A stretch of 64,000 nucleotides of DNA from Vitrella brassicaformis CCMP3155 (lineage: Eukaryota > Protista > Chromerida): positions 1 through 64,000 of the forward strand of contig CDMY01000345.1 in assembly GCA_001179505.1 (NCBI GenBank), given 5' to 3'. Below, in pieces: positions 58,892 through 64,000 of the stretch (positions are counted from its first letter, which is position 1; each line of letters begins with the position of its first letter). The notes below the pieces were generated by a model, which saw only the letters and a list, made by a program, of their open reading frames with translations, searched no databases and was not told where the DNA came from. The position numbers and the translations under genes were made by a program.

Positions 58892-60506
58892 TTATCGGTC
58901 AAAGCGCGTCAACACATACAGAGTAGACGGCACATTCTCATACAGAGCAGCCACAACCGTCCCCTCTCTCAGTTCCTTGTCCGTGCCCCTCTGAAATATC
59001 TGCAGCCACTCGCCACTCAGCCGCCTACACCGCACATGTGCCCACACACCGCCGGCAGCCATGCCCTCCCTCCCACACACACTGCAATCCTTCACGTCAG
59101 CTGAGGGGCAATCCACACGCTGTCCCCCCACCCACTGGTGCGCCTTGATCCACTTGATCTTCGCACATCTCCCGGCCGTCTCGCATCGATTGACGCCGTG
59201 TTTGTAAGGGTGTGATGGGGACTCGTCGGCCTCGGCTTGGCGAGTGAGGTCGGAGCTGTATAGGTAGCTCATGTGGCCTCCGAGGGAGTGGCAGACGGCG
59301 ATGCAGTCGGCGGCCGAGAGAGAGAGGGGGGCGGTCGGTGTCTTGATGCAGCGACGGTCTCTGAAGGGCACGTTATTGATGTTGTCCTCCTTGCTCAGGG
59401 AACATACGCAGCACCTGAACTCACAGACACATCCACACACAAGGGATGGAAGGATGGATGGATGGATGTCTCTAGTCAGCTTCACTCGGGAAAGAGCTCC
59501 TTCTGCCCTGATGTGCTCTTGATCTTTCGGTAGGCCTCGCTCTTTTGGAAGGTACCCCATGGCTCAACGGCGATGCCCTTTGTGGCCGGCAGTGTCGTGT
59601 TCTCAAAGCCAGGCGAAGAGGACCAGGGTTCGTAGTCACTGGGGATGAATATCCGGGGGTCCACCTTAATCACCTTTGTTGGCTCTTCTGCATGACACAC
59701 AGAAACACACAGAGACACAGACAAACGTCTGTCTACCCACCCCAACCCCCCCACCCTTTGTCTCCGTCACGAGCACATCCAACGGCACAAAGTCCTTCCT
59801 GAGATGACCCGCATTCATGGCCACATAGCCGTCGTAGCACCAGCCCACATCTTGACAGCTCCTGTCGACGTAGAAGGCGTATTGCGCCATGTGTCGCTTC
59901 GTGCTGCACACGCCATTGCACGTCTCGGCAGCAGCAGAAGGCGGCAGGAAGGTGCAGGAGCGGTGGGCGGGACGGGCTTGTCCTCCCTCAGCTCTCGACT
60001 GGCAGTGGCAGCAGCTGCGTACATGCCAGTGGATGGACAGAACAGAAAAGGCTCGAAAGTGGCCATCAGGGAGGGGAGGATAGTAGGGGTGCCTAGGTCC
60101 CTTACCCGGTGTATTCGGATTCGTTGTCGTCAGTGAGGGGTTTGACAGTGACTTGCCTGGCCGATTTGGCATGATCGACGCTCTGCAGGCGTACTACATC
60201 CTCCTTTTGCTGAGGCCTGATTGCATATAATTAGAGACGTGTGAGCAGAGAGGAGAGCACGTGCCGCGTCGCACATGCGTGGCTGCCGCTCACCGCGGCG
60301 TTGGGGATACGACGGGGCCGCTGCAGTGAAGTGCAACCATTCATCCACCCCCACCAAGCACAGACAAAGCCTCTGACAAGTTGGCCCGGTCTCCACTTCT
60401 GTGTGCGGGTACAGAGGCCACCTTACCTGCCCGGTTTGTTCGCTGACGCTCGATTGGACACGGCCAGCAGAGGCAGGCTGCACACCAGCAGGATTTGCAA
60501 TGCCAT
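58892..60506 (-). CDS. Secreted protein with novel 8-Cys domain (paralog B) plus an extra PAN-like Cys segment
   Basis: Signal MALQILLVCSLPLLAVSNRASA; ETCNGVC..QYAFY; PWGTF..ELFP; DRRCIKTP..DCIAVC..NRCETAGRC..CSVC..HVRC..LYVLTRF. Confidence 0.78.
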
Positions 60507-60593
60507 CGATGACTCACGGAACCACGACCAACTCGAGCTCGCACAACTTCCCCCACGCCCCCCAGTCTGCATGCCAGTGTCGTCTCCCCCGAG

Positions 60594-62323
60594 ATGCATT
60601 TGTTCGCAGTAGTCTCCCTTGTCGTGGCTGCTGCCACGGCCACCAAGATGACCATGCGGCATGGCGTCCTCTCCTCCATGAGAAACGCCCCCTCGGCGGT
60701 GCGCCTCACCCGAATGGTGCTCCGCGGCCTCTCAGGTGCATGAGGCCGGTGGTGTGTAGTCTGCAGGCAGAAACATGACTGCGTCTCTCTGCCCTTCTGC
60801 TTTGCAATGTTTTGCAATGCACTGCACTGCAGGGCGAGACCGACTCCGCCAGCCAGTGTGCCGCCAGCTGCCGAGATTGAGGAGTCATCCGAATCTGAGC
60901 CGTGGACGGGTGGGTCTGTGCCAGGCCCCAACGGTGAGGATGACATTGACGACGACGAGACTGAGGAGGAGGAGGAAATGTCTGTGCAAGATGAGGTACA
61001 TATGTAAAGGGTGGCACCGCATGGGTAGACAGACAGACAGACAGACAGACAGCCAGACCATTCTCGAATACATGCACCGCTGCACACAGGGCAGGGCATG
61101 CAGCCGATGCTGCACGCCGCGCACTTTTGTTCATTCACGTTGGATGATGGGTACAGGAGGACGAGGAGCTCGAGAGGGATCTCAGAGCCATCGCCGCAAA
61201 GAAGCAGACGCCAATCGACGTCAGCAAGCAGCAGTTTGGGGCAAACATGTATGAATTCAACAAGGACATCGACGTGCCGCCGGACGCCGAGCGGGAAAAC
61301 CCCTCTATGGAGGAGGACGGTGTGTGTGTGCGAGATGATACTCATGAGACAGGCAGGACTTCTTCTTCCATCCACTGCGCTGGTTTCGTGTGCAGAGGTG
61401 TTTCCGTACGTGAGCAAGAGAATGGATCCGCTGCTCACCCTTCGGACCTACGATGTCACCGTGGTGCCGTGGGACGTTTTCCTGCAGAGCGGCTCGTCGC
61501 AGTGGCTGAGAGACGCCGAAGAGCAGGGAACCCGGCAAGAGAGCTTCTACCCTATGTGAGGGCGTGCGTGTGTGCATCCACACCATAAGGCATCCATGTC
61601 TCCCTCCCTCTCTCTCTCTTTGTAGGTGTTGCGTGTGCTCCTCTGCCGCCAAGGCGGAAGACATCGACTTGCCCAACACCAGATGCATCAAGGTGGGCAG
61701 ACACCGATGATGTCGCACCACTGTGGATCGACTTCACTGGTTGATCGGGCCGCATACCTCGCAGGTAGGGCCCTACATTCCGCCGCCCCCCTCCGGCCCC
61801 AGGCCCCGCATGTTTGGTCAAACCGACTGCCTCGTCGTCTTCGACAAGCAGGACCACCTCTGGGCGATCTTTTACGGCAGTGTGGATGATGAGTTGGACC
61901 CGCAACACGAAATTCCTGGCGTGCGTGTTGCGGAGAGATCGGCATGTGAAAGGGTGGAGCAGTGCAACAAGAAGAACGTGCATCTGGCGGTGAGAAAGGC
62001 GGAGAGTGGGGTCTGGACAAAGTGCTCAAAATCGGACCCGCCCGGCTCTTGTGGCTTGTGCTCGGGGAAAGAGCTGCCATCCCATATGGGCTTCATCCGG
62101 TGTGAGGAGGTCAGTGAAGAGACAGAGAGAGAGAGAGAGAGAGAGATAAGTGTCTGTTTGTATGCAGGTCGATGAGCCTCTGCTGGAGATTCTGAGGCAT
62201 GGGAGCAATATGGGGCTGACTCCAGAGGTTGGGGACCTCGCCGCCGTCAGGTATTCGCTAGTCAGGGAGAATATCTATGTGCTGACCCAATTCGACGAAC
62301 ACATGCTTCACCGCACGAGCTGA
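60594..62323 (+). CDS. Secreted acidic protein with novel Cys domain (paralog C)
   Basis: Signal MHLFAVVSLVVAAATA; D/E-rich linker; PWDVF..SFYP; NTRCIK|V..DC..ACERVEQC..CGLC..FIRC..AAVRY..IYVLTQF. Confidence 0.78.
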
Positions 62324-62511
62324 TGCGTGGCACTGTTAGCTGAAATACGTACGGGACTCTTGGCACTCTCTTGGCCCCCGCTATGTCACTCTGCTGATGT
62401 GAATTGCTGGATACTCTCTGGTGTGTGAGCCTTCAAGACCTCATACATACGATGACATACACATACATGTGTTCGACGATATGTCTCTCTCCCTGCTCAT
62501 AATATTGACAC

Positions 62512-64000
62512 CTATACCAGCTGTGTAAGCACCCACACGCACTCGCTCTCCAAGTTGTACCGAAAGGCAACCACATCGTGGACATGGATGCCCCCTGACG
62601 GCGGCGGCGTGCCTGTGCGCTCATACAGCCGATATACGTCGTCCACCTGCCTCTGGCTTTGCAGCCGATCACATCTGACGTACCTGATCAAAGCTCATAC
62701 ATCCATGGGTTACATGGCAGAGACACAGACACGATGATCGTCTTGTCTCGCCCACCATTTTCCCTTGGGGTCTCTCTGCCCGCATAGGGGACATTCGATG
62801 AGGTCCCCCGGGTCTCTGCACCGCTGTCTGCCACTCTTGTCCAAGACGGGCATGGCGAGAAAATGCCTCATGCACCGACCGGCCGTCTCGCACTTGTTGA
62901 AAGGCTGGCCTGTCTGTGGGTCGTGCTTCCAATAGTGCTGCGGCTGTACTTGACCCGAGTGGTAGAACCACGTGTGGTCACTCCCAAAGGCAACACGACA
63001 CACATGATAGCAGTCGCCGGTCTGCGAGGAGAACAAGCGCACGATGGAAAAGGGCATACACACATGCAGCTATCGGGCCTCTGTGTGCATACCCACCCGC
63101 CCCATAGGCGGTCCGCCGTCGAAAAGCCGCACCCCCGGGCCAGTCCTTCCCACCGGTGGGCCACTATGTTCATCGAAAGGGACAAACCTGGGCACCTTGA
63201 CGCAGTGCCGCTCTTTCCAAGGGATCCTTGTGATGGCGTCTCCCGACCCCCCAATGCCCTGGTCTTCTCCCTCCGGGCTGTCAACGCACACGCAGCAGCT
63301 GATCGACCACACGCAAGTCACCACGAGCAATGTGTCTCTCTCTCAGGTGTCTGTCATATGCAAAGCCTGGGCACCTTGCGCCCACCCACTTTGGGAACGG
63401 CTCTCTGGCCATTGCTGTCTGGGCGTGTGAGAATGTCGTCAGCACTCTTCGGTGGTCTGGCGATCCCTCGAATGCGTCCCATCTCCTGACGATGACGTAC
63501 ACGCCATCCCCTCGCACCGTGTCATCAGGCGGTGGCCGCGGCGGAGGAAGGGTGTGCGGCTTGCGGGTGGGCGCTGGGGGTTCCTCTTTCCTGATCTCTG
63601 GTGTTGGAGTCGTCTGAGGCTCTTCTTCCGGCTTTTCTTGGTCATATATCGTGGCGCCTGGTGAGCTGGCATAAGCCATGTGGTCCATTTCTCTCGCATC
63701 AGCAAAGAGCCCGAGCCTGCAATATCATCAGAGATGTTGCAGCCTTCTCCCGTGCCGTGCCGGTGTCTCTGTCTGTCAAGCTCCCCACTTCTACCATTCC
63801 ATGTCATCTGCCCTCTGGGGAAGTGAAGGTGAGGAGCTCGTGGCCCCGAGATGGGTCTCGTTCCAGTGGGAGTCATCCTCCCCCTCGTCGCCAGGCAGCA
63901 CGTACACATCCTTCCTGCACGTCACAAGCACTCATTCGGACATGTCGCGCTGTGTGGGTAGTATCCTACTTGTTGTCTTCCTCTCCGGTGATGGGCTGAC
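62512..64000 (-). CDS. Protein with novel 8-Cys domain (paralog D), 5' end outside window
   Basis: RWDAF..EPFP; ERHCVKVP..DCYHVC..FGSDHTWFY..NKCETAGRC..CPLC..|YVRC..VVAFRY..VWVLTQLV*. Confidence 0.78.

Larger units (their letters stand above)
1..64000. repeat. Dispersed intronic and intergenic microsatellites (GT/CA, GA/TC, GACA, GGAT)
   Basis: Present in almost every intron, for example (GGAT)n at ~3193-3240 and (GACA)n at ~3520-3551. Confidence 0.95.

Noticed and set aside
1-64000. tRNA, rRNA, spliceosomal snRNA or CRISPR features
   Set aside because: No cloverleaf with T-loop consensus, rRNA-like segment or repeat-spacer array was seen; an Infernal/tRNAscan run would be decisive.

Overview
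Intron-rich, GC-rich eukaryotic DNA. Introns are full of (GT)n, (GA)n, (GACA)n and (GGAT)n microsatellites, which resembles the chromerid alga Vitrella brassicaformis (organism is an inference). I reconstructed about 22 multi-exon genes by splicing the ORF track by eye; there are three 300-N assembly gaps. Recognisable genes: a HAD-like hydrolase, a SAM methyltransferase, a Venus-flytrap-ectodomain receptor-like TKL kinase, a PPR-tRNA m7G methyltransferase (PPR-TGM), an OGFOD2-like dioxygenase ending in KDEL, a TLDc protein, an isochorismatase-family amidohydrolase and RAD17. Most striking: (1) four Crinkler/RHS-like P-loop NTPase + REase-fold paralogs in alternating orientation (+,-,+,-). They form inverted pairs around host genes, are mosaic, and have swapped N-terminal headers: signal+transit-like leader in three copies, short NLS-like exon in the fourth. 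(2) Four paralogs of an unrecognised secreted 8-Cys domain family. (3) A RAD17 with reciprocal Walker A/B substitutions. (4) A three-repeat, AP2-like nuclear protein. No rRNA, tRNA or CRISPR array was found. No database searches were run; family assignments rest on remembered motifs.
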